Below, piece by piece: positions 10,860 through 18,898 of a stretch of 64,000 bases of DNA. The notes beneath the pieces were generated by a model. It had not been told where the DNA came from. It did not search any database and saw nothing but the letters and a program-made list of their open reading frames with translations. The position numbers and the translations under genes are program-made. The first letter of the stretch is position 1. Every line of letters begins with the position of its first letter. Location of the stretch: the IMG/VR virus record IMGVR_UViG_3300032053_005343, positions 32,001 to 96,000 of that record. The stretch is one strand, 5' to 3'. Source of the stretch: a virus.

Positions 10860-11181
10860 GAGAATTAATAAGTTCTTGTTCATTAAATGGTAAATATTGT
10901 TTTTTAGATATTTGCAATTTTATTTTACCTTTAATTTTTAAATCCTTATTTTTATAATCAATTTTAATATCTTTTTTAATTGTTCCTTTCCTCTTAGATA
11001 AAAGTTCTTGTTTTTGTTCTTCTGATAATATTATATCTTTTGTGTAATTTCTTGCTGATGAAGTTGATATGTTCAATTTTTTACCAATATCTATTAATGA
11101 CCAACCTAGCACTCTTAATCTTCTAGCCTCTTCTTTTGGACAACATTTGATTACTAAAGATAATTTGGAATTTTTATTCAT
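10807..11181 (-). CDS. helix-turn-helix protein (possible homing-endonuclease remnant)
   Basis: ARRLRVLGWSLIDIGKKLNISTSSARNY HTH; translationally coupled to the HNH gene. Confidence 0.55.
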   Translation of the reverse strand: MNKNSKLSLVIKCCPKEEARRLRVLGWSLIDIGKKLNISTSSARNYTKDIILSEEQKQELLSKRKGTIKKDIKIDYKNKDLKIKGKIKLQISKKQYLPFNEQELINSLIEILSQNIVRTFYFQK

Positions 11182-11842
11182 CGAAATATGTCCATCTTTT
11201 CTTGTTTTTAATCATAGAAACTGATGGTTGGCTAATATTAAACATTTTTCCAATTTCTTTTTGTGTGAATTTGCCTTCTTCGGCCAATCTCTTAATATCT
11301 ACAACCTGTTTATCGTTAACTTTCGAAGATCCATGTCTTGATCCACGATTATCTGTACCATGCACAATTCTATCTGCTTGATTTTCTTTGGGCGTGCCCC
11401 AACATAAATTATCCAACCTATTATTTTGTGGGTTTCCATCAAGATGACGACACTCCATTCCCGGAGGACAGGGGCCAACGAATGTTTCTAATATTAATCT
11501 GTGTACTTTATGCTTTTTACGAACGCCATTTTTGCATAAAGTAATCTCTAGGTGCCCATAAATACCATATTTGCCCGTTTTTAATATTTTTTCTCTATTT
11601 AAATATTTTTGTGGATTTTTTCTTATATTCGCTATGTGGGTTTCACTTATCCCTGTTTGTTTAGCTATTTTTATTACTGACAAATTTTTATTAATTAATA
11701 ATATTATTGTCGTTATTTGATTTCTGTTAACACCTGTATTAAAACTTCTCGTTCTCCCGAAAGTAGAACTTTGATAAAACCCCTCGTACCCAGGTATATC
11801 TTTCCAAATTTCCTCTGTGTTTTTACAATATTCTTCGCACAT
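11174..11842 (-). CDS. NUMOD4-HNH homing endonuclease with internal and C-terminal HTH
   Basis: EIWKDIPGYEGFYQSS (NUMOD4); HRLILETFVGPCPPGMECRHLDGNPQNNRLDNLCWGT (HNH); likely ATG at 11842. Confidence 0.9.
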   Translation of the reverse strand: MCEEYCKNTEEIWKDIPGYEGFYQSSTFGRTRSFNTGVNRNQITTIILLINKNLSVIKIAKQTGISETHIANIRKNPQKYLNREKILKTGKYGIYGHLEITLCKNGVRKKHKVHRLILETFVGPCPPGMECRHLDGNPQNNRLDNLCWGTPKENQADRIVHGTDNRGSRHGSSKVNDKQVVDIKRLAEEGKFTQKEIGKMFNISQPSVSMIKNKKRWTYFDE

Positions 11843-11898
11843 ATCTGTAATATTATACACTTTTGTCTATTATAATTTTTGAGAAAATAAATAATAAT

Positions 11899-11910
11899 GT
11901 GTATTTATAT
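11899..11910 (+). promoter_or_regulatory. candidate phage late-promoter motif
   Basis: GTGTATTTATAT in the intergenic gap upstream of 11957. Confidence 0.35.
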
Positions 11911-11956
11911 GTGGATGATTAAATTAATTTTAAAGTTTAAAGAAAGGAATTAAAGT

Positions 11957-12583
11957 ATGGCTGCTGATATTTCGTTTTTCCATGGTAACGGAACAACTGC
12001 ATTAGGTGCATCGGGAATCGGATTCTTTGGGAGTACGTTCGGGAGTTCTGTTCAAGTGGGTTCGTTTCAGGACAGCACCTTCGTTACAAATTCAAACGGC
12101 ACGGTCAACGGAGGAGCCCTTAACAACAATAAATATGTAGGAACATCGTCTGGTGTTCAGGTGAACGGTGATTCTACCGTAAATCTTAACACTGTTGCCC
12201 TTGCGTCTGGTTCATTGAATGTGCGATTTACATTCGATTCGGTTGTAATGACACAAAACGGTCAATTTAGAATTATGGATAGGGTCGATGCTGATGCTCC
12301 AGCGAGCGGTGTAACTTCCGAGGTAGCTCAATTGTGTAACGGTGGTTCTGGCGTAAATCAATCTACTGGCGCTGCACAAGCTGGTCATAACGGCTGGTTA
12401 CAATTGGCCGGAAGCGGCACTACGATGACGCTCCTATCAAGTCCTGGTAGCGGAGGATTGAGTCCTAATGGGACGGGGACAACCGATACAAGACATGATT
12501 TTTATCTTGCTCTAAGTGCATCCCCCTCCAGCATTGGCAGTAAAACATCGTTCGGTGGGTACCTGCAACTCGAATATTTATAA
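11957..12583 (+). CDS. putative abundant virion protein, paralogue of 10236..10859
   Basis: G/S/T-rich, AAGGA RBS, followed by a terminator; visibly more GC-rich codon usage than its neighbours. Confidence 0.7.
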   Translation: MAADISFFHGNGTTALGASGIGFFGSTFGSSVQVGSFQDSTFVTNSNGTVNGGALNNNKYVGTSSGVQVNGDSTVNLNTVALASGSLNVRFTFDSVVMTQNGQFRIMDRVDADAPASGVTSEVAQLCNGGSGVNQSTGAAQAGHNGWLQLAGSGTTMTLLSSPGSGGLSPNGTGTTDTRHDFYLALSASPSSIGSKTSFGGYLQLEYL

Positions 12584-12621
12584 GAGCTTTAATTAGTAAA
12601 GTAAAAATTTAAACAAGGAAG

Positions 12622-12647
12622 AAAAGTCGGAGAAATCCGGCTTTTTT
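12622..12647 (+). terminator. rho-independent terminator
   Basis: AAGTCGGA-GAAA-TCCGGCTT stem-loop (GNRA tetraloop) followed by a T-tract, downstream of 12583. Confidence 0.8.
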
Positions 12648-12678
12648 CATTTTTAAAAATAAATTAGGATTAAATTAG

Positions 12679-12692
12679 TATAATAAAATATG
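12679..12692 (+). promoter_or_regulatory. -10 box directly upstream of ATG (candidate leaderless promoter)
   Basis: TATAAT-AAAAT-ATG, no Shine-Dalgarno. Confidence 0.5.
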
Positions 12693-13571
12693 GCAACTTC
12701 TTCTCACAAAGGTATTTATTATAAAAATGATCTAAAGCGACGAAAACGATGGAACGCCAGCGTTGTAATAAAAAACAAGTATTATTTTATTGGAAATTTT
12801 TTAACAGAGCAAGAAGCAATTGAAGAATATAAAAAATTTATAGAGAAAAATAAGGACAGCCTATCAAATAATGCTAAAAAACTAATTAAAAGACAATCAA
12901 ATTTTCCAAGAAATAAAGATGGATTAATAGAAAGAATTTGTTCGGACTGCGGAAAGACTAGTTATTTTAAAAAAATTCCCACTTTTGATCATTGTCAATC
13001 TTGTGGGATGAAAGAGTCTTTTAAACATAGACCCGGAATTGGTACAAAAGAAATAAACATCACATCCGCATACAAAGATTATAAATCTGGTATGTCATTA
13101 GAAAATGTGAGTAAAAACTATGGACTTTCAAACGAGGGGCTTAGATATAAATTTAATAAAAATGGATATAAAAGAAGAAGTCGCAAAGAAGTTTCCATAT
13201 TAATAAGTGCAAAAAGACAGGGAATAAATGTTAATAAGTGGCAAAAATTTATAACCAAAGATAATGTTTTGATATATTTATCCCCAGAATATAAAAAATG
13301 GCGTCAATATATCTTGAAAAGAGATAATTGTATTTGTCAATTATGTAATCAAAAAGGAAAACACGCCCATCATATTAAGACCAAGGCCAAAAGACAGGAT
13401 TTGGTTTTTGATACAAACAATGGAATAACTCTTTGTAAAACATGTCACGGGAAAATTCATTATAAAGAAGAACAATACGAACAATTCTTCCTAGACCTAT
13501 TGTGTATAAAACATAGGAGATCATTATATGAACCAACGAACCTACTGCATGGACGGCGTTACATTGTGTGA
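12690..13571 (+). CDS. AP2-like + Zn-finger + HTH + HNH endonuclease
   Basis: N-terminal KGIY..RWNASV..YFIGNFLTEQEA (AP2-like); C-terminal RDNCICQLC..HAHHIK..NGITLCKTCH (McrA-type HNH). Confidence 0.8.
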   Translation: MATSSHKGIYYKNDLKRRKRWNASVVIKNKYYFIGNFLTEQEAIEEYKKFIEKNKDSLSNNAKKLIKRQSNFPRNKDGLIERICSDCGKTSYFKKIPTFDHCQSCGMKESFKHRPGIGTKEINITSAYKDYKSGMSLENVSKNYGLSNEGLRYKFNKNGYKRRSRKEVSILISAKRQGINVNKWQKFITKDNVLIYLSPEYKKWRQYILKRDNCICQLCNQKGKHAHHIKTKAKRQDLVFDTNNGITLCKTCHGKIHYKEEQYEQFFLDLLCIKHRRSLYEPTNLLHGRRYIV

Positions 13572-13866
13572 CTCAATCCAAGAATCAAAAATAGCGGACT
13601 GGCTTTACCTAAATAGTATTAAGTTCGAAGCCCACAAAAAATTACCCAAACCCTCTACCCAAAAGTGTGATTTCTTTTTACCCGAATACAATCTTTGGTT
13701 AGAATGGGATGGCGTTCGTGAAGTTAGAGCTTTAAGTTCAGATCACGCAGACACGAGACAACAAAAAAAATATAATTTTTATGAAAAACACAATATGAAA
13801 TATCTTGTTTTAAAAAGAGATAATAATTGGGAAGATAAATTGTACGAAGCTATCTTTTCTTCATAA
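13528..13866 (+). CDS. PD-(D/E)XK-family endonuclease-like protein
   Basis: DSIQESKIADWL..KCDFFLPEYNLWLEWDG motif; AGGAG RBS. Confidence 0.65.
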   Translation: MNQRTYCMDGVTLCDSIQESKIADWLYLNSIKFEAHKKLPKPSTQKCDFFLPEYNLWLEWDGVREVRALSSDHADTRQQKKYNFYEKHNMKYLVLKRDNNWEDKLYEAIFSS

Positions 13867-13876
13867 GAAGGGTGAT

Positions 13877-14170
13877 ATGTCAGGTAAAATATTTTTCAAT
13901 TCTCACAAAGTATTAACAGTATTATTAGGAAGCTTACTCGGACTGGTTGGCGGCGTAGCTGCTGCGTCTTATAGTGTTGGGGTTGAAAAAACTAAAATTA
14001 CATTAAAATTAGAAAGTTATGATGAAAAATTAATAGAAATTGCTAACTTGGTCCATGAAAACAGTACTTCAACAAATGAAGCCGTTATAAAAATCAATGA
14101 AGCAATTCAAAAAATACAAATTAGTATAGCTATATTAGAATCTAATTCCAGTCATATACAATCTCGATAG
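13877..14170 (+). CDS. small membrane protein with coiled coil (holin/XhlA-like architecture)
   Basis: One N-terminal hydrophobic helix (VLTVLLGSLLGLVGGVAAASYSV) then a heptad-rich region. Confidence 0.5.
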   Translation: MSGKIFFNSHKVLTVLLGSLLGLVGGVAAASYSVGVEKTKITLKLESYDEKLIEIANLVHENSTSTNEAVIKINEAIQKIQISIAILESNSSHIQSR

Positions 14171-14606
14171 CCCGACGCAAAAGTATTTGTAAAATCATTC
14201 CTTCGCCATCGGTTATGCTGTGCTTTATCGCTACTGGTTCTGATCCCTCTTTTTTGACACTGATCCCAAAATAATATCCTGACTTATCTGCTTTTTGGAA
14301 TTTCAATACCGCGTTGTTGTTCCCGGACGAGTGGAACAATCCTTTATCCGCATACCCAACGCTACTTTTGATACCGTCTAGAACACACAGGATTTCTGCA
14401 ATATCTGGTGGTCCTAATTTGAATATGATCTTGTTGTTTTTCCAGTCGAATAAAGAATTTCCCTCCCCATCTCTGTCTGGCATTTGAGGAGCGGATTCGA
14501 TGAAAATACACCGCTTCTCATGCGACCAGCAAAATTGTGATGCGGCCCCATTATTGGTTTTATTCGGCTTGTATATCTTACAATTATCCGTAAATTTCTT
14601 TTCCAC
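14142..14606 (-). CDS. Whirly-like ssDNA-binding protein
   Basis: IYK..AA..ESAP..FDW..KIIFKL..DI..LFH..VLK..SGYYFGISV..IT.GE..IL..DW aligns motif by motif with the plant Whirly domain as I recall it. Confidence 0.65.
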   Translation of the reverse strand: MEKKFTDNCKIYKPNKTNNGAASQFCWSHEKRCIFIESAPQMPDRDGEGNSLFDWKNNKIIFKLGPPDIAEILCVLDGIKSSVGYADKGLFHSSGNNNAVLKFQKADKSGYYFGISVKKEGSEPVAIKHSITDGEGMILQILLRRAIEIVYDWN

Positions 14607-14611
14607 TATTT

Positions 14612-15487
14612 TTACCTCTTTAATTTCTCAGGAACATGATCTTCTTGCCTCATATTATTTAAACGATTCAACGCAATAAGTGCTTCACTATATTTTAAAG
14701 ATTTTAAATCTACTACGCCGTCCTTTATTATACAGGCAATTTCTAAATCATCAAGTAGTTTTTTAATAGATATACTCGATCTTTCGGCAAGAAGTCTAAT
14801 AGCTGTTATTTGCCCTGTATTAATTAACTTATTTGGGTTTTCCGTTTCTTCATTATTAACACCCACCTCCTCTGCCGCCACAATTCTTTTAAGATTTAAT
14901 GCGGAACGATAGGCGCGACCCCTGGCGCGAGTTTCTGCCATTGCTGTCAAATATGGAGAAAATTCTTTTTGACAATTGTTGCAATTAGCATCTGCTAATG
15001 ATTCAAAGCGTTTGCCATTTTCGAAAATAATTATAGATTTTACCCCCACTGTCATTTCGTTTTCAACACTGGGAGCAAAAATTAGTTCACATCTTTCCTC
15101 TAGGACTTCTCCCAACAACAATCCAGCAATACGTCGCAACCCCTCTACTCTTGGAAATTCTCCATCCATCTCGTCGTCTTGAAGTAGCGAAAGCGCATAT
15201 TGTGTGAAACCGACATCTGTAGGAACCGGGGGATTAGACAAAGCTAGTGGTCTATCATCATCAATCTTTGTTACCACAACATCTTTTTTAGGCACAGGAA
15301 CAGCAATAATAGTTTCTTCGATTTCTTTCACTTGGTCCAATAAAATCAAGGAATCTTCTCCAGAATTCTCTTCGTCTAGCATAGTTTTTAATTGTGAAAC
15401 TTTCAAACCAGCGAGTTCTTCTTCTTTACATCCTTTTAATATTAATTGTTCAACTATTTCGGCTTTTTTCAACTTTAAGATCTCCAA
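14612..15487 (-). CDS. Rad52/Sak-like single-strand annealing protein (putative)
   Basis: FPRVEGLRRIA..FESLADA..AMAETRARGRAYRSALNL motif typical of phage annealase-like proteins. Confidence 0.55.
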   Translation of the reverse strand: MEILKLKKAEIVEQLILKGCKEEELAGLKVSQLKTMLDEENSGEDSLILLDQVKEIEETIIAVPVPKKDVVVTKIDDDRPLALSNPPVPTDVGFTQYALSLLQDDEMDGEFPRVEGLRRIAGLLLGEVLEERCELIFAPSVENEMTVGVKSIIIFENGKRFESLADANCNNCQKEFSPYLTAMAETRARGRAYRSALNLKRIVAAEEVGVNNEETENPNKLINTGQITAIRLLAERSSISIKKLLDDLEIACIIKDGVVDLKSLKYSEALIALNRLNNMRQEDHVPEKLKR

Positions 15488-15926
15488 CCATCAATTTTAT
15501 TATTTCAATTAAATCTAGTTTATCAAAATACCTAACTCTTGAATCATCTATTTTTTCTATTTCATTATACGTAAAACAGTATATAACTTTTGAGCGAGAC
15601 GAGAGTGCTGTTTGAAGTGTAGATTTATTTACTGCTATTAATGGGTAGGTCCAACTATGGATATACTTTAAATCCAAAAGTGGTGCTAACAAAAAAATAA
15701 AACACTCCCCAAGATTATGAGCAAAGACATTAATATCGACCCCGACAAAATTGTTAAAGACAGTGTTAATTCCATTTAATAAATTAACATTTATATCCGA
15801 TTTTAAAAGATTTTCAAAAATAATCCCAATAGAAATCAGGTCCGAATTTAAAGAAAGGCCAAGTTTGTTGAGATTGGCCTCTGCCTCTCTTTTACGATTC
15901 TCTGCTTGTTTTTTCTTGTCTTCCAT
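15450..15926 (-). CDS. hypothetical protein (possibly degenerate glycosyltransferase-associated domain)
   Basis: ORF in the minus-strand operon next to the GT genes; no clear motif. Confidence 0.5.
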   Translation of the reverse strand: MEDKKKQAENRKREAEANLNKLGLSLNSDLISIGIIFENLLKSDINVNLLNGINTVFNNFVGVDINVFAHNLGECFIFLLAPLLDLKYIHSWTYPLIAVNKSTLQTALSSRSKVIYCFTYNEIEKIDDSRVRYFDKLDLIEIIKLMVGDLKVEKSRNS

Positions 15927-15927
15927 A

Positions 15928-16692
15928 CTACACCACAATATCTAACGGGTAAGAAAGAGAAATTCCTGTGCCAATCTCTTCTTCTTTTAAAATTTCATAA
16001 AAAGTCTTTGGGGCTTCTCTTGGTTCCGTCAGTTTCTTATAACTACTAGTAATATATAGTCCGAAAACGGTCTGTAATGGTAAAATACTTGTCGATGCTA
16101 ATTTATTCATAAAAGGCCAATAAATGAACCTTGTGTCTCTGTTTATTTCATTGATCATTATTTCATTATCTCTACCTGATAGAATTACACTACTTGGTAT
16201 TACTATAAAATATTTTTCTTTTACCAATTTAGAAGTACGATAAATAGTTTTTGCGGGTTTTTCTTCCTCTCCGCTTACAAGAACGTCCAACTTAACCACA
16301 TCTTTATGTTGTTGAAATAATTTAATAACTTGAGACCTATCTTTTTTATTAGTTGTATCAGCAACTATAATTTGTTTCAAAGGATTGTAAAATTTGTTGG
16401 TTGAAGATAAAGCGGGGCAAGAGTTGTATAAGAGATTATTTTCTAGTGTTTTAAAGTGGTCGTTGTTGTTATGTATAATAATAAGGTCATATGATAATTC
16501 TGATTCCTTTTTCGCCAATTGAATTAGAGATATATCTTGAGACGGTTTTTGATTTTCTCCCCAGGGCATAGAACGATAAAACCGACAGAATCCGGGCGCA
16601 TATGAACCTTTTTTAGTAGAAATATAAAATTGATTGGCCAAACATTTGCCGTTCTCTATATGGCAACAATGGTCACAAACGGATGCGATCAT
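15928..16692 (-). CDS. hypothetical protein with Cys-rich N-terminus and degenerate GT-A-like region
   Basis: CDHCC..C..CRFYR; YDLIII..QIIVAD resembles a GT-A strand pattern; AAGGA RBS. Confidence 0.5.
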   Translation of the reverse strand: MIASVCDHCCHIENGKCLANQFYISTKKGSYAPGFCRFYRSMPWGENQKPSQDISLIQLAKKESELSYDLIIIHNNNDHFKTLENNLLYNSCPALSSTNKFYNPLKQIIVADTTNKKDRSQVIKLFQQHKDVVKLDVLVSGEEEKPAKTIYRTSKLVKEKYFIVIPSSVILSGRDNEIMINEINRDTRFIYWPFMNKLASTSILPLQTVFGLYITSSYKKLTEPREAPKTFYEILKEEEIGTGISLSYPLDIVV

Positions 16693-16702
16693 TTTATTTT
16701 CC

Positions 16703-17716
16703 TTAACTTGTTAATAGACTGCATGGTTTATCAATCGTTTCATAGAACAAAGAATTATACTTATTTATAAATATATTTTTATTGAATTTTTCTACCATTG
16801 TTTTACGTCCTGCTTCTCCAATCCTTTTAGCAAGATCCTTGTCGTTTATAAGCATTTTACAATATTTAATGATTTCCTCTGGGTCGTTACTTAAAAATCC
16901 GTTGATCCCATGTTCAATGTAATCCGCTATATCACACGACTTACTGCTCACAATTGGACACCCAACAGCCATTGCCTCCAGTAATTCTATGGGGCAACTT
17001 AACCAACAGGAGGTATTTAAAAAAACAGAAGCGTTTCTATATTTACAAACAAGGTCATCAAGATCTTTTGCGGGACTGGAGATGCCGGGATTAATTCCAA
17101 TAAGATCTATTGGTAATTGTTTATTTATTTGTTCTAATAATTTAAATCCAGTAATGTTTGCTTTATTCTGATAATAATCTACATTAATTAGAACTTTATT
17201 GTCACCCCCTACCCACCCATCGAATATTTCTGTGTCAACACATTTTGGAATTATTACCACATCTTCTTCTGATAATCCCCATGAATTTGCAACAAATTTC
17301 GATGAAAATACTTGCGCGTTATGGATTTGGTCAGCTAAAGATTGCACATAAAAATTATTCATTTCTGGAAAAGGTAAAAAATTATTTATTCCGAGCAGGG
17401 GGCATGACAAATGTGTTGCTAGTTTTGACAAAATGATATAGTCTCGGCTTCTATTTTGACAGACTATAAGGTCCAGGGCTACGTCATTTACTTGCTCAGA
17501 AAGATCTCCTGCTTTTAATAGAACGCAATTGTCCGGCTTCTCACGGATTTGAATATTCCACGGTGGGGAATTCGGGTTGTTAATGAAATAAAAGTTGTGT
17601 CCTGTTTTTGCGAGCAACCATTGTAACTTCTCGTCATTGTTGATTGTGAGGATGTTTAATTTATCGTTTTCTTGTCTGTTCACTCCTTTTAAAATACTCG
17701 AAAATGTTGTAGTCAT
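16703..17716 (-). CDS. GT-B glycosyltransferase (GT4-like)
   Basis: VFLNTS..PIELLEAMAVGCPIVS..IEHGINGFL..RIGEAGRK. Confidence 0.9.
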   Translation of the reverse strand: MTTTFSSILKGVNRQENDKLNILTINNDEKLQWLLAKTGHNFYFINNPNSPPWNIQIREKPDNCVLLKAGDLSEQVNDVALDLIVCQNRSRDYIILSKLATHLSCPLLGINNFLPFPEMNNFYVQSLADQIHNAQVFSSKFVANSWGLSEEDVVIIPKCVDTEIFDGWVGGDNKVLINVDYYQNKANITGFKLLEQINKQLPIDLIGINPGISSPAKDLDDLVCKYRNASVFLNTSCWLSCPIELLEAMAVGCPIVSSKSCDIADYIEHGINGFLSNDPEEIIKYCKMLINDKDLAKRIGEAGRKTMVEKFNKNIFINKYNSLFYETIDKPCSLLTS

Positions 17717-18897
17717 TAGTTTATATCCCCAATTAAGTCTTTAACAATCTTTTCAACACCTTCGTAGGAAAACGCCTTAATTCTTTCTTTCGCTGCCAAA
17801 CCCCTTTTGCTCAATGATCCATCTTTCCATTCACAATATGTCTTTTGCAATATTTTTATACAATGTGGTAAACAAATATCAAACCAGAGTTCTTTCCCGG
17901 TGTACATTTCTCCAGTACCGTTTAACTGACCAAAACAATTCGATAATTGGCCATCAATCAACCAACCACAATCCACTTCTCCAGGATGCCGGAACATTTC
18001 TTTGTCTGGTTCCCAATATTTTTCGGCTTGGCAATACATTAATTCAGGATGAAACCCCCAGTTACTTAGAATAACAGGATTCCCAAAACCCATTGCATCC
18101 ATTGCTCCTAGATTTCCTCCTTCGCCATGTGAGCATGACACAAAAATATTGGAGGAGATGTGTAATTGTGCCAATTGTTCTTCTGTCATGTAATCCGTTA
18201 AAATAACTATTGGAGGATAGTCTTTTTCGTTCGGGTGAATATGTACCGCCTTTTTAATATCAGAAATAAATTTTTGCATCATTTGCATCGTTTGCGCCGA
18301 AGAATGCCCAGGAGAACTTGTTTTAATAACTAAGATTACATTTTCTTTTCCTGTGAAAGCCGCATAATACGCTCTTATTAGTCCAGCTATATTCTTGCGC
18401 CGTGAATTCTCCCCTATAAAATAAAAAACACATTTATCTTTTAAAATTGGAATATCTAATGATTTTGGTTTGTTGTTGAATTTTTTAATGTCTATAGAAC
18501 AGGGTAGGATTTTAACAGGAACAGTTATTCCTGAATTGATACATGCAAACTTTTGTTGGATACACGACACCCAAATTTCTGATAAAGTGTTGCACGAATT
18601 AACCCATGTTGTACAAACAGTATTTGTTTCCCAAAAAAAACGTCCTACCGTTTTAACATTATTCTTTTTTTCAAAAGTATGCGGTAGATTCGTTTCTATA
18701 ATTAGATCTATATTTTTAAGATCTTTTTTCTCTAGGTGTTCAACAGGACATTTTTGTTTTATCTTAGGGTTAGACATACGAACACTTCTACATACCACAT
18801 CATATCCAGCCTTTTCAATTGCAAGAATATCATTAAGGGCGGCTTCTGCGTATCCGGTTTGATCACGGAAAGGGGCAATGTATAATATCTTTTTCAT
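17716..18897 (-). CDS. GT-B glycosyltransferase (GT4-like)
   Basis: TGYAEAA..FFWET..RKNIAGLIRAY..SHGEGGNLGAMDAMGFGNPVI. Confidence 0.9.
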   Translation of the reverse strand: MKKILYIAPFRDQTGYAEAALNDILAIEKAGYDVVCRSVRMSNPKIKQKCPVEHLEKKDLKNIDLIIETNLPHTFEKKNNVKTVGRFFWETNTVCTTWVNSCNTLSEIWVSCIQQKFACINSGITVPVKILPCSIDIKKFNNKPKSLDIPILKDKCVFYFIGENSRRKNIAGLIRAYYAAFTGKENVILVIKTSSPGHSSAQTMQMMQKFISDIKKAVHIHPNEKDYPPIVILTDYMTEEQLAQLHISSNIFVSCSHGEGGNLGAMDAMGFGNPVILSNWGFHPELMYCQAEKYWEPDKEMFRHPGEVDCGWLIDGQLSNCFGQLNGTGEMYTGKELWFDICLPHCIKILQKTYCEWKDGSLSKRGLAAKERIKAFSYEGVEKIVKDLIGDIN

Positions 18898-18898
18898 A

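Noticed and set aside
14142-14170. Special regulatory element at the convergence of the two gene blocks
   Set aside because: Only a 29-nt overlap of 3' ends; I found no convincing bidirectional hairpin.
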